DNA of 64,000 bases from Chloropicon primus (taxonomy: Eukaryota), in NCBI GenBank assembly GCA_023205875.1, contig CP060756.1:1-64000 (forward strand), read 5' to 3'. Every line of letters begins with the position of its first letter. Position 1 is the first letter of the stretch. Below the pieces are notes generated by a model that saw only the letters and a list, made by a program, of their open reading frames with translations, made no database searches and had not been told where the DNA came from. Position numbers and translations under genes: made by a program. Below, in pieces: positions 39,992 through 50,000 of this stretch.

Positions 39992-41350
39992 TCACTGCTT
40001 CGAGCCGGGACTGGGGCTCTGGTTCTCCTCCTCGCTGAGGAGGTCCTCCTCCTCGCTGTCAGAGCCCTCCACAATAACCCCCGCGTAGTGGAAAATGTCG
40101 TCCAGGAACTCGCTCAAGTAGCTCGGGAAGTCCTCCTCCTTGTCGGTCTTCTGGTACAAGACGAAGCCAAGCACGGTGAGGCAGATTTCGAGCTCCTCCA
40201 GGTTCAAGTCCAGGGGCTGGGGCACGGTGTGCCACTGCAGCGGGTCGGTCTCCGGGAAGTTCTTGGCGTACAGGGTGCTGGTGACGATGTCGACGAGGGA
40301 GATGTCCTCAGGGGCGTAGTCCCAGGCCACGAGGGACTTGATGAAAGAGTGCACTTGCAGGACTTGCCTCTCGTGGAAGGTTCTCTTCTCCTGCATCGAG
40401 TACATGGCCATCTGGATGTACCTCCTGGCTCTGGAAAGGAGGTCGTCTATCTCGTGCTTGAAGGCCTTCTTGAAGGAAGACACCCTCTTCCCCATCTTCT
40501 CCATGATCTTGGGCGAAATGAAGTCTTCCAGCAGGTGCTGGAAACGCTGCGTGAGCTCGAAGTAGCCCCACGTCTGGTGCTGAAGTCCGGGCTGGTACTT
40601 CTCCCCCGCTATATGGACAAGGGTGGCCAAGAAGTCCTCCGCGCTGAGGTCTCTGAGCTCGATCTTCGTGTCCCCGTGCTTCACGTCCGTGATCCTCTCG
40701 AATATCTCGTTCAGCTTGCTGTGAGGGAAGTACTCGTTCACGATTCCGGTGTTCATGATCGCCTCCCTGAACAGACTCAAGGTCATCCTATCGATACTCA
40801 TCTCGTTGCTCTCCTCCCCCAAGTTCAGGTAGAAGAAGGCCGCCAGCAGGGCGCCGCCGTACTTGAGCAGCATCCCCTTCAGGCTTGCCATCTCGTTCTC
40901 CAGGAACTTATCGTCCTTCATGCCCAGGACGTCCTCGTCCATCAGGTTCGCGAAGCCAAGCGCCTCGAAGTCCATTCTCTTGATGAACTCGTTGGGGTCC
41001 TCGCGGAGCTTCTGCAGCTGCCCCGCGGACAAGATCTGCTTCAAGTTCGGGCTCTCCTTGAACGCCAGGGGGCCAGCCCCGTATTGAACCGTCAGGCTCT
41101 CTCCGTCCGCCACAACCGACCGTATGACGACGTTTATGTCGAGACTCTGTCCCCTGAGGAGAATGGCTTGCGGGACGAACTTGGTTATGGGCTCCCCTAG
41201 ATTGTTCGCAAGGCGGTAACACGCCGCGAATGCCGCCCACTTGACGACCTGGTCCCCTAGCCCGCACTCCAACATAATAGGCTTCGTTTCCGCAAAGGAG
41301 GAGGCCTCCCCCTGGGCATCCGCGTGTTCGAGCTCAATCCTCACACGCAT
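39992..41350 (-). CDS. Uncharacterised protein (452 aa)
   Basis: Long ORF with strong coding bias; globular helical composition; family not recognised. Confidence 0.75.
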   Translation of the reverse strand: MRVRIELEHADAQGEASSFAETKPIMLECGLGDQVVKWAAFAACYRLANNLGEPITKFVPQAILLRGQSLDINVVIRSVVADGESLTVQYGAGPLAFKESPNLKQILSAGQLQKLREDPNEFIKRMDFEALGFANLMDEDVLGMKDDKFLENEMASLKGMLLKYGGALLAAFFYLNLGEESNEMSIDRMTLSLFREAIMNTGIVNEYFPHSKLNEIFERITDVKHGDTKIELRDLSAEDFLATLVHIAGEKYQPGLQHQTWGYFELTQRFQHLLEDFISPKIMEKMGKRVSSFKKAFKHEIDDLLSRARRYIQMAMYSMQEKRTFHERQVLQVHSFIKSLVAWDYAPEDISLVDIVTSTLYAKNFPETDPLQWHTVPQPLDLNLEELEICLTVLGFVLYQKTDKEEDFPSYLSEFLDDIFHYAGVIVEGSDSEEEDLLSEEENQSPSPGSKQ

Positions 41351-41807
41351 TGTCCTGTGTGTGCGACAGTTGTGTGCGTGCGTCAGTGTGTGTTGCAGCG
41401 TCCGTGGCAGGCAGTGTTTTGTTCTTGGTCGTGCTGGTGCTGGAGTAGCTTATGTCTGCACGGTCGTGCTCCAGGTCCAGGTCTCCCGGTGTCCCTCGTC
41501 CAAGGTGTCCGTCCCAAAGGCGGAGGTCAAAGGCGGAGTCTTGGGAGGTAGGTAACGTCTGTGTCCGAACGCGACGAGGGGGAACCAAACCAAAGCGCCG
41601 CCCTGCGACAACAGAGCGAGAGAGGAGCGAGGCGAGGCGAGGGAACGGGAACGAGGGGAAGGGAGAGGACAGGGAGGAAGGGAGACGAAAACGAAAACGA
41701 AAACGAGGACAACGGAGAGCAAACGAGGAGGACAACGGACAGGAAACGCGACAGACGGAGACGACAGGAGGAACAAGTAGTCCAAGGACTCCGACTCCGC
41801 CAGCAGC

Positions 41808-42750
41808 ATGCCGCAGAACGAACATATCGAGCTCTTCCAGAAGCGGTACGGAAGGAGGCTCGACCATGAGGAGAGGCAGAGGAAGAAGGAGGCCAGGAGC
41901 GTGCACAAGAAGGCGGAGTACGCGCAGAAGGTAAGGGGAAACGTCGCCGCCGCCGTCGTCGTCGTGGCGAAGGCTGGACTCGTGTGGTGGTGCCAAAGGA
42001 CTGCGCCGGCCTCGCAGGGGCAACCAAATCGTTTCGGACGCGCTGACTGACGCACACGCTCTCGTTCGTTTCTTTCCCCTCGTTTCGCAGGCCCTGGGTA
42101 TCAAGGGAAAGCTTTACGCGAAGAAGAGGTATGCCGAGAAGGTGCAGATGAAGAAGACTCTGGCCATGCACGCCGAGAGCGATGGCAAGCGCCGGTCGAA
42201 CGAGGAGCCCAAGAAGGGCGCGATCCCGGCCTACCTCCTGGATCGTGAGCAGGCGTCCCGCTCCAAGGTGCTGAGCAACACGGTGAAGCAGAAAAGGAAG
42301 GAGAAGGCGGGCAAGTGGGAGGTCCCCCTCCCCAAGGTCAGGCCCATCGCCGAGGAGGAGGTGTTCAAGGTCCTGAGGTCCGGAAAGAGGAAGAGGAAGC
42401 AGTGGAAGAGGATGATCACCAAGGCCACCTTCGTCGGCCAGTCTTTCACGAGGAAGCCCCCCAAGTACGAGAGGTTCATCCGGCCCACCGGCCTGCGTTT
42501 CACCAAGGCCCACGTGACGCACCCCGAGCTCAAGACGACCTTTTGCCTGGAGATCATCGGCGTGAAGAAGAACCCGAACGGGCAGACCATGACGCAGATG
42601 GGCGTCATCACGAAGGGAACGGTGATCGAGGTCAACGTCAGCGAGTTGGGTCTTGTCACGCCGGGGGGCAAGGTTGTCTGGGGAAAGTACGCGCAGGTCA
42701 CCAACAACCCGGAGAACGACGGCTGCATCAACGCGGTGCTCCTGGTTTAA
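41808..42750 (+). CDS. NSA2: Ribosome biogenesis protein NSA2; intron 41931-42090
   Basis: MPQNEHIE...[51 protein letters not shown]. Confidence 0.97.
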
Positions 42751-43946
42751 GCGGAAGCCAAGCCGAGCCGAGATGGCAAGCGTGTGTTCTATCTTCTGTG
42801 TACGTTATTGTGCCCCAGATGGGGGCGGGGTGGGGGAGCCTACATAGCGTGATATGTATATTCCGATATGATATGATATCCGTTTCGTTTCATGTAATTC
42901 ATACTTTATTCGATCCGATCCGATCGGTTTCTTGCGTCGTATTGTTTTCTGGTTCTTCTCGTTCTCTTTTCTTGCTATAGTCGGTGCGGTGTGCGTCATG
43001 TCGTGTACATGTTCATGTTCGTCCCTTCGTTCTCGTGTTCTCGTGTTCTCTCTCCTGCAGGACCTCGTCGCCCTGGCCCTGGCGCCCCCTGGCCTGTTTT
43101 CAAACTCCTCCAGTAGGAATTCCATCTTATTCCCCAAAAAAAAAAAAATGTTTCAAAACCTCTTTTTCTTTTTCTCTTCCTCCAGAGAGCGAGGAGAGGG
43201 AGGAAATTGAATTGAATTCAATTCAATTGAATTGAAGCGATCGATCGACAGACAGGCGCTCCCGACCGACCGGCCGGCACAGAACGGAACAACACAACAC
43301 AACGCGCAACAAGCCTTGGTGCGGCCGGGACCAACGACAACGAGACAAAAGAGAACGAGACCGACGAGGACGAGGACGAGAGCTCGGAACACGAGCGGGA
43401 GTCGTTCGTAAGTTTTTGTTTTCTGGTTTGTTTGTTTGTTTGTTCGTTCGTTTGCGTGTGTGTTGTGCTCGCTCTCTTGTGTGTGTGTGTGTGTTGTCGG
43501 ATTGTTCTCAGGGAAGAACGATGAGGAGAAGCGCGATCGCGAGGCTTTGAAGTGAGGCACTTGGACCTTGCCTGAGGACAACACGTTCGTTGGCTTCGAC
43601 ACCAATCGCGGGGACAAGCCGAACGGTGGCCGGCAGAGAGTAGAGACACATCGATAGACAGGAGAGAGGGGTGATGATGAAGCAGCAAGGATTGGGAGCG
43701 AGCTCCGTGTGAGCCACGAATTGCGCCAGAGATCATAAGCTGGAAATCCTCGTTGGTAGTAGATTGGGAGTCGTCGAGTTGTTTCTCTTTTTGAGTGGGG
43801 ACGGGGCGTTTTGAAGATAAGAAGAAGGGGTGTTTGGTGCGATCGCGCACAACAGGGGTGGGGGGAAAAAGCTTGTTGAGGGCCAATCGACATTGAAAAC
43901 GAAGCAGAGAGCCGTGTGAGACCGCGACCGAATACGGAACCAAAAT

Positions 43947-45383
43947 ATGAGTATCCAAAACCAGGCGCCGACGAGCTTGAACTTGCGTTCGAGCTCTTAC
44001 GCCGCTGGCAGCGAGAACTTGAGCTCTCGAACGAGCTCCGTCTCGAACAAGGGCAAGAGGATGAAGAGGGACGACCTCGAGTCCCAGTCCCACAGCTCCA
44101 AGAAGCGGGCGGGGCCCCTGCAGGACGTCACCAACAACTTGGCTCGCCAAAACGGGGCTTCCATGATGGTCTTCAACCAGAAGGCGAACAACAACGGGCG
44201 CGTGACGAGGAGCATGACGTCCTCGGCGAGGAAGAACAAGAGCCTGGCCAACGGGTGCGAGACGGTCTCGAAGGTGGAGAGCAAGTCCAAGCTGGAGCAA
44301 AGCGCGACCACCTGCTCGGCCTCCACCACGAGGAAGATATCCCAGAGCTTCGCCCAGGCGTCCATCAATGAGGCCAACGCGATCTTCCCGGGCTTGCACC
44401 AGGTCAGCGACAGCAACGCTGACTCCCAGTCCAATGTTGTCGGGCAGCAGATGGTGGGGTCGCAAGCGTTGCAGAGACCCGTCCACTGCAGCCGCCGCCT
44501 CTGGAAGGACATCGACGCGCCCATGAGGAACGACATGAGGATGTGCACGGAGTACGTGAACGACGTGTACCAGAATGCCCAGATCAAGCAGAAGAAGCAC
44601 GTGCCCAACCCGGACTACATGGAGCTGCACCAGAGGGAGATAACTGTGACCATGAGGGGCATCCTGATTGACTGGCTGGTGGAGGTGGCGATGGAGTACA
44701 ACCAGAGCCAGGAGACGCTCTTCCTCAGCGTGGGCTACATCGACGCCTACCTCTCCAAGTCCCGGTGCATCCGCAGCAAGCTGCAGCTCGTGGGCATTAC
44801 CTGCATGCACATTGCTTCCAAGTACCAGGAGATTTACCCTCCGCCTCTCACGGACTTTTGCTACATCACGGACAACACCTACGAGAGGGAGGAGCTCATC
44901 GCGATGGAGCGCAAGGTCCTGGACGTCCTGGACTTCGAGCTCTCCGTCCCGACGACCTGGATGTTCCTCATGCGGTTCCTCAGGGTCGCGGAGGCTGACA
45001 GGACGACGGAGTACTTTGGGATGTACCTGGCCGAGCTGAGCCTCTTGGAGTACGGCCTTCTCCAGTTCCTGCCCTCCCAGATCGCGGCGTCCGCGGTCAT
45101 GCTAGCTCTTTACAACAACGACAAGCCCCACTGGTCGAACACCCTCGAGCACTACACGGGTTACACCCCGAGGGCCCTTCGAGACTGCGTGCAGCTGCTG
45201 CACAGCTCCTCGGTGAGGAACGGAGCCGCGGCCTCGGGGCCCGCCTCGGCGGGGCAGAACCAGCAGCACCGCAACGACACCCTGCCCGCCATCGGGGAGA
45301 AGTATGGCAAGGAGGAGTCGAGGAGGGTGTCCAGCAGGACCCTCAGGGAGATTAGCCTGGCTCTCTTCGACCAGCCTTACTGA
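43947..45383 (+). CDS. CYCA: Cyclin A
   Basis: D-box-like RAGPLQDVTN; cyclin box MRGILIDWLVEVAMEY; KLQLVGITCMHIASKYQEIYPP; YITDNTY. Confidence 0.93.
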   Translation: MSIQNQAPTSLNLRSSSYAAGSENLSSRTSSVSNKGKRMKRDDLESQSHSSKKRAGPLQDVTNNLARQNGASMMVFNQKANNNGRVTRSMTSSARKNKSLANGCETVSKVESKSKLEQSATTCSASTTRKISQSFAQASINEANAIFPGLHQVSDSNADSQSNVVGQQMVGSQALQRPVHCSRRLWKDIDAPMRNDMRMCTEYVNDVYQNAQIKQKKHVPNPDYMELHQREITVTMRGILIDWLVEVAMEYNQSQETLFLSVGYIDAYLSKSRCIRSKLQLVGITCMHIASKYQEIYPPPLTDFCYITDNTYEREELIAMERKVLDVLDFELSVPTTWMFLMRFLRVAEADRTTEYFGMYLAELSLLEYGLLQFLPSQIAASAVMLALYNNDKPHWSNTLEHYTGYTPRALRDCVQLLHSSSVRNGAAASGPASAGQNQQHRNDTLPAIGEKYGKEESRRVSSRTLREISLALFDQPY

Positions 45384-45586
45384 AGGAGTAGGGAGGAGTT
45401 CTGAAGAGAAGCGCGGACGACGGACGGGCGGAGAATTGAGAAATTGTGGTGGTGTTGTGTGTTTTGTTTTGTTTGCTTCAACAAGCTCTGAAACTTTTTA
45501 ACATACATAACACATGTTGTTAATGCAATGATACAATATCGAAAATTTTACACACGTTGGAAGAAGAACAAAAACCGAGAGCGCTG

Positions 45587-46171
45587 CTACTTGGCGAAAG
45601 CGTTCTCCAGCCCGCTGAGGAAGGCCTCAACCACTTTCCTATCCTGCTCCGAGGAGGCCCCGGTGGGCAAGTCCCTGAACAGCCTCCTGCGCGACCGCTT
45701 GTTGCCGCCCAGGGCGCTGGTCGCCCGGTGCTGCTTCCCGATTGCCCTCTTGACCCTCCTGTGCTTCTCCTTGATGCTGGGCGGGTTGCTGGTGGTGGGT
45801 GTCGGGGACGCCTTGGGGCTCCCGGGCGGGGTGGCGACGCCGTCCCAATCCGCGGCGTCGTCGACCAGGCCCGACCTCGAGGCCGCCGGGGAGTCGTGGA
45901 AGCTCAGCTCCCTCAGCTTCTCCTCCTCGCTCTCAAAGTTCGTGTACGTGCTCGTCGAGCTGCTCCTCCTCCTCCTCCTGCTCTCCTCGATGTCCGGCGT
46001 CCCGGGGACGAAGCCGGTGAGGACGGGCGGTTTCTGCGACGAACAGGAGGGAAGGATGGGCACCGTCTCGCTCTCGTCGCTCGGCGAGACGACCCGGGGC
46101 GGGGAAGAACCCCAGCAAAAGCTCTCCTTCTCCATGTGCCTCAGCCATGTGTTCGCGTTCGAGTTCCACAT
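45587..46171 (-). CDS. Small disordered protein with CDK-inhibitor-like (SMR-like) motifs
   Basis: ATPPGSPK, NPPSIKEK, basic tract, RRRLF, VVEAFL at the C-terminus; coding-like GC3. Confidence 0.6.
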   Translation of the reverse strand: MWNSNANTWLRHMEKESFCWGSSPPRVVSPSDESETVPILPSCSSQKPPVLTGFVPGTPDIEESRRRRRSSSTSTYTNFESEEEKLRELSFHDSPAASRSGLVDDAADWDGVATPPGSPKASPTPTTSNPPSIKEKHRRVKRAIGKQHRATSALGGNKRSRRRLFRDLPTGASSEQDRKVVEAFLSGLENAFAK

Positions 46172-46545
46172 GATGATGATGATGATGATGAATGATGTTG
46201 ATGATCACGGTGTTCGTATCGTTGACTGACGCGCACTCTGGTCCTCGTTCTCGTCGTCGTCGTCGTTGTCGTCGCGGTCCTTGTTGTGTGAAATGCAGGT
46301 GTTTTCGACTCGCGCGTCCTTTCGTCTCTCTGTTTCGGGTTCGAGTTTGGGATTGCGTCGGTTCACCCCACCCCCCCCAGAAAAAAGCCAAAACCCAAAG
46401 GCGTCGTCCGCGTACCGCCTCTCTCTCGAGTCGTGTTCGTGTTCGTGGTGGAGTTCGTCCTCGTCGCCGTCGTCGTGATCGTGATCGTGGTCGTGGTCGT
46501 GGTCGTCGTGGTCGTGGTTGTTGTGTGTTGTTCGTGGTCGACCGC

Positions 46546-46557
46546 CTTCTTCTTCTT

Positions 46558-46587
<30 letters not shown>
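46546..46587. repeat. (CTT)n microsatellite
   Basis: About 14 perfect CTT units in the intergenic region; one of many simple repeats in leaders and introns. Confidence 0.9.
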
Positions 46588-46588
<1 letters not shown>

Positions 46589-47002
46589 TCTCTGAAAAAA
46601 GAGCCAAAAAGGTTCTTCCCCCTCTGCGTTGTAGCTGTGTAGTAATCCCAGCTTACAACAGGGGTTGACTCGAGGAATTCAAAAAAAGATGCTTAACCCG
46701 CGAAATCTACTTGTCACGTGTCCGGGCATCACATGAGTGTAATATAATGAGTACACCCCGATCACGACCCTTCTTCCCGCCAGGAGCCAAGGCCTTCGAA
46801 TAGGACAGGACCAGGACCAGGACGACCTGACGACGAGGCCCTTCCCTTCCCTTCCCTTCCCTTCCCGTCCATGAAGAACGGAATGCACCGCACGACTGGA
46901 ACACACGACTCAAGAACAAACACAAGAACACACAAAGGGACGAGACCTCGCGCGCGCACTCTCTCTTTCTCGCGCTCTCTAGCTGCTGGTGCTGCCTAGG
47001 GG

Positions 47003-50000
47003 ATGGAGAAGGAGAAGGAGAAGGAGAAGGAGAAGGGCGAAGTTGTTGTGGTTCGAGGGACTGAAGCGACAAGGGCCTCCTCCTCCTCCTCCTCGTCGTC
47101 ACCACCGAGGATGGTGAGGGTCACGGATTGGAAGCGGATCGCGGTCGAGGCGGAGGACCCGGCCTCGCTCGTGGGGCTGCGGGGAATCTGCGCGACGACG
47201 AGGCACGGACTCGGGACCTTGTTCCTGTCGACTCAGCGCTCGGGCGCCGCGAGGAACGCGCTCCAGGGGCGCCTGCCTCCCGGGGGGGACAGGAGCGACG
47301 CCTTCCTCGTCGTAAGGAACGCCGCCAACTCCACGGGCCTCGTGCCCCTGGGCCTCAAGGGCCACGACGCCTCGTCAACGTCAACATCATCTTCCTCTTC
47401 TTCGTCTTCGGTTCCCGTGGCGTGGTTCCTGAACCGGAGGAAGCGAGGGGCGAAGACCTCGACGCAGGTGAGGGCGTCGGATTCAAGGGACGGGTCGACG
47501 GCCCACGTGGCGGTGGCCTCGGACAACAAGAGGAGGTGCGAGGTGTACGACGTGGCCGAGCTCTCCTCGGCGTCGCCGAGGCCGAGCGTGACCCTGCCGG
47601 CCCCCTTCCCGTCCAAGGGCTTCCGGTGGAAGACCCTTCGCGTCTCCGCCGCGGGGGACGCCGTGTGCGCCCTGTGCCTGGACGACAGGGCTTCTTCCTC
47701 CGAGCCATCCCCGTCCCCGTCGCTCTGGCTCTGGACGCGGTACAGCGGGCAGTGGAACCGGGTGGACGTCGCCCAGCCCGTCGACGACGACGGGACGAAT
47801 CGGGTCAGCCTCGCCTTCGCGGAGGGGCGCAACAAGTTCGTCGCCCTGTCCTGCAGGGTCTCCCCGGCCGCCGCCTCGCCGCTGCTGCTGGAGAGGACCG
47901 AGGTGGACCTCAAGCCCTCGCTGGACCTCACCGGGCCGAGGAACCTCGCGGGGGGCTCCATGGGGAGGACCTCGAGGGCGGAGGTGGATCTCCCCCGCGG
48001 CTTTGCGCCGGCCTCGAAAGTCCAGGCGCTGGACGCCAGGGGGAGCCTCTTCGCCGTCGCAGTGTCCTGCGAGCGGGACTTCGCGGTGCTCGTGCTGGAC
48101 GAAGGCTTGGGCACGAGGGGCGTGGGGCTGCCGCCCCCGAGTCTGGCCTCGGATCTGCTCGTCGTCGCGGTCACCGTCTTCGACCTCCCGAGCGCCTCCA
48201 CGGTGGGAGTGGCCACCCTGTGCCGGGGAGGCCTGTTCTGCGTTTTCGACGACAGGGGACGTCTGTTGAGGGTCCTCCAGACCCAGCCGTGCATGACGAC
48301 GGGCTCCACGCCCCCCTCCCTCGCCCCCCTGCACTTTGGGGGCCAGCAGTATATCGCCTGCGCCGCGAACGACGGGGAAGTGAGGGTGCTCGGCGTGCAG
48401 AGCGGAGACCCGGGGACCGATGAGGAGGACGACGACTGGGAAGCGGAGGTGGAGGAGGACCTGGAAGCGGAGGAGGAGGAGCGGCGGAAGGGAAGCAAGG
48501 CGGCAGAGGAGGTGTACTTCGACTTCCTCGAGTCGCTGCTCACGGTGTCCAGCTACGGAAAGCCCTTCGACACCCTGCTCGGAGACTTCGAGGGGGTGCT
48601 GACGACCTTGGGTTCCAAACTAGGCCCCCGGCTCGTCCTCAACTCCCTGCACGACATGATTCTCACGCTCTGCGAAGAGGAGGAGCACTTGGCATCGCTG
48701 TGGCTGCTGGAGGCTGCGGAGGGCCTTGGGAACCGCGAGGAGAGGGATTGGTCGCGAGGCCTGACCTCCTTGGATTGGCTCAACTTGTGGCAGATCCTAG
48801 CAAACTCTGTCTTTGAATCTCTGGAGCAGAGGGGTGATGGCGAGGGCGCCCGGGACGGGGGTTTCTACCACGAGGTGGCATCAGCCCTCTGGAAGAGGCT
48901 GGCCTCGAGCGGGTTCGACTCGCTTGCCAAGTCCCAATTCGATGCAGCCAATGACGGGGTGTTCGGCGGACAAGGCGACCTCGCGGGCATGATCCTTGAT
49001 GCCGACCGGGCTTTTGTGCACGGAGATCTACACAAGAGCCTGGCCCTGTACAGGGAAGCGGGTGCCGAGGCCTCGCTGTCGCACATAGCCTGTTGCATCC
49101 ACTCGGACATGGCGGAAGAGTGCTTGGAGGCCACTTACTCTCTGCTCTGTGTCGGAGAGGAGGGAGGCATCATGCCCCCTGGATTGAGTCAAGGGGAGCT
49201 TCGAAGCATGAAGGCAGAAGCGTGCTCGGAGCTCGGGAGGCTGCTGATAGAAGCACATAGACCTTCCCAGAACGACGCCGCGGGTGGCGTGACGTTCCCA
49301 TCCCCACTCTCCTGGTCGACAAGAGGGGGTCACGGGCATGAGGGTACCACTTGCAGAAGACTGTCATTGGACTGGAACAAACTGAGGGAGTCCCTGAAGA
49401 AGGGGCGGGCTGCCAGCCCATCCCTGGCTCTTGGTCTGTTCTTACATTCATTGCAAGCGTCTAAAGTGAGTATGCTGGTGGATGCCTCCTTGTTGTGGGA
49501 TTATCTTGGCCATTGGCGCCGCGCCGTGTGCTTGCTTAAAGCTTGCGGACGCGTCTTCAAGTCGTACGGAAAGGACAAGGCAGCCGAACACATTGGCAGG
49601 GAGACCGTGCTGTACTTGAAATCAAAGTTGGAGGGGAAGCTGGGTGACCTCGACGTCCTCCTGGATGGAAATTCCTTGGGGGAATTCGATTCCATCTTCC
49701 GAACTTTCCTTCTGCTTCCAGAATCCGCAACGAAATCTGAAACTTTCGGCGTCCTCATGAAGAAGTTGCAGGCTTCTGTCAACAAAGAGATCGCAAAGAG
49801 CTTATCAGTGATTGATCTCAGGTCGCTGCAAGGCCTTGGTGAGACGTGCACCCGTCTGTACAAGTTGGTTGGAGCGCTTTGCTCTGTCCTCGTTTCAATA
49901 TCAAGGCCAGTCTACAGTCTTGAGGACCTGTCGTACGGCGAAAATGGCGTATTGCAAGTATCAGGCGCAACCAACGTTGGCGACGAGTGTTACGAGTCCC

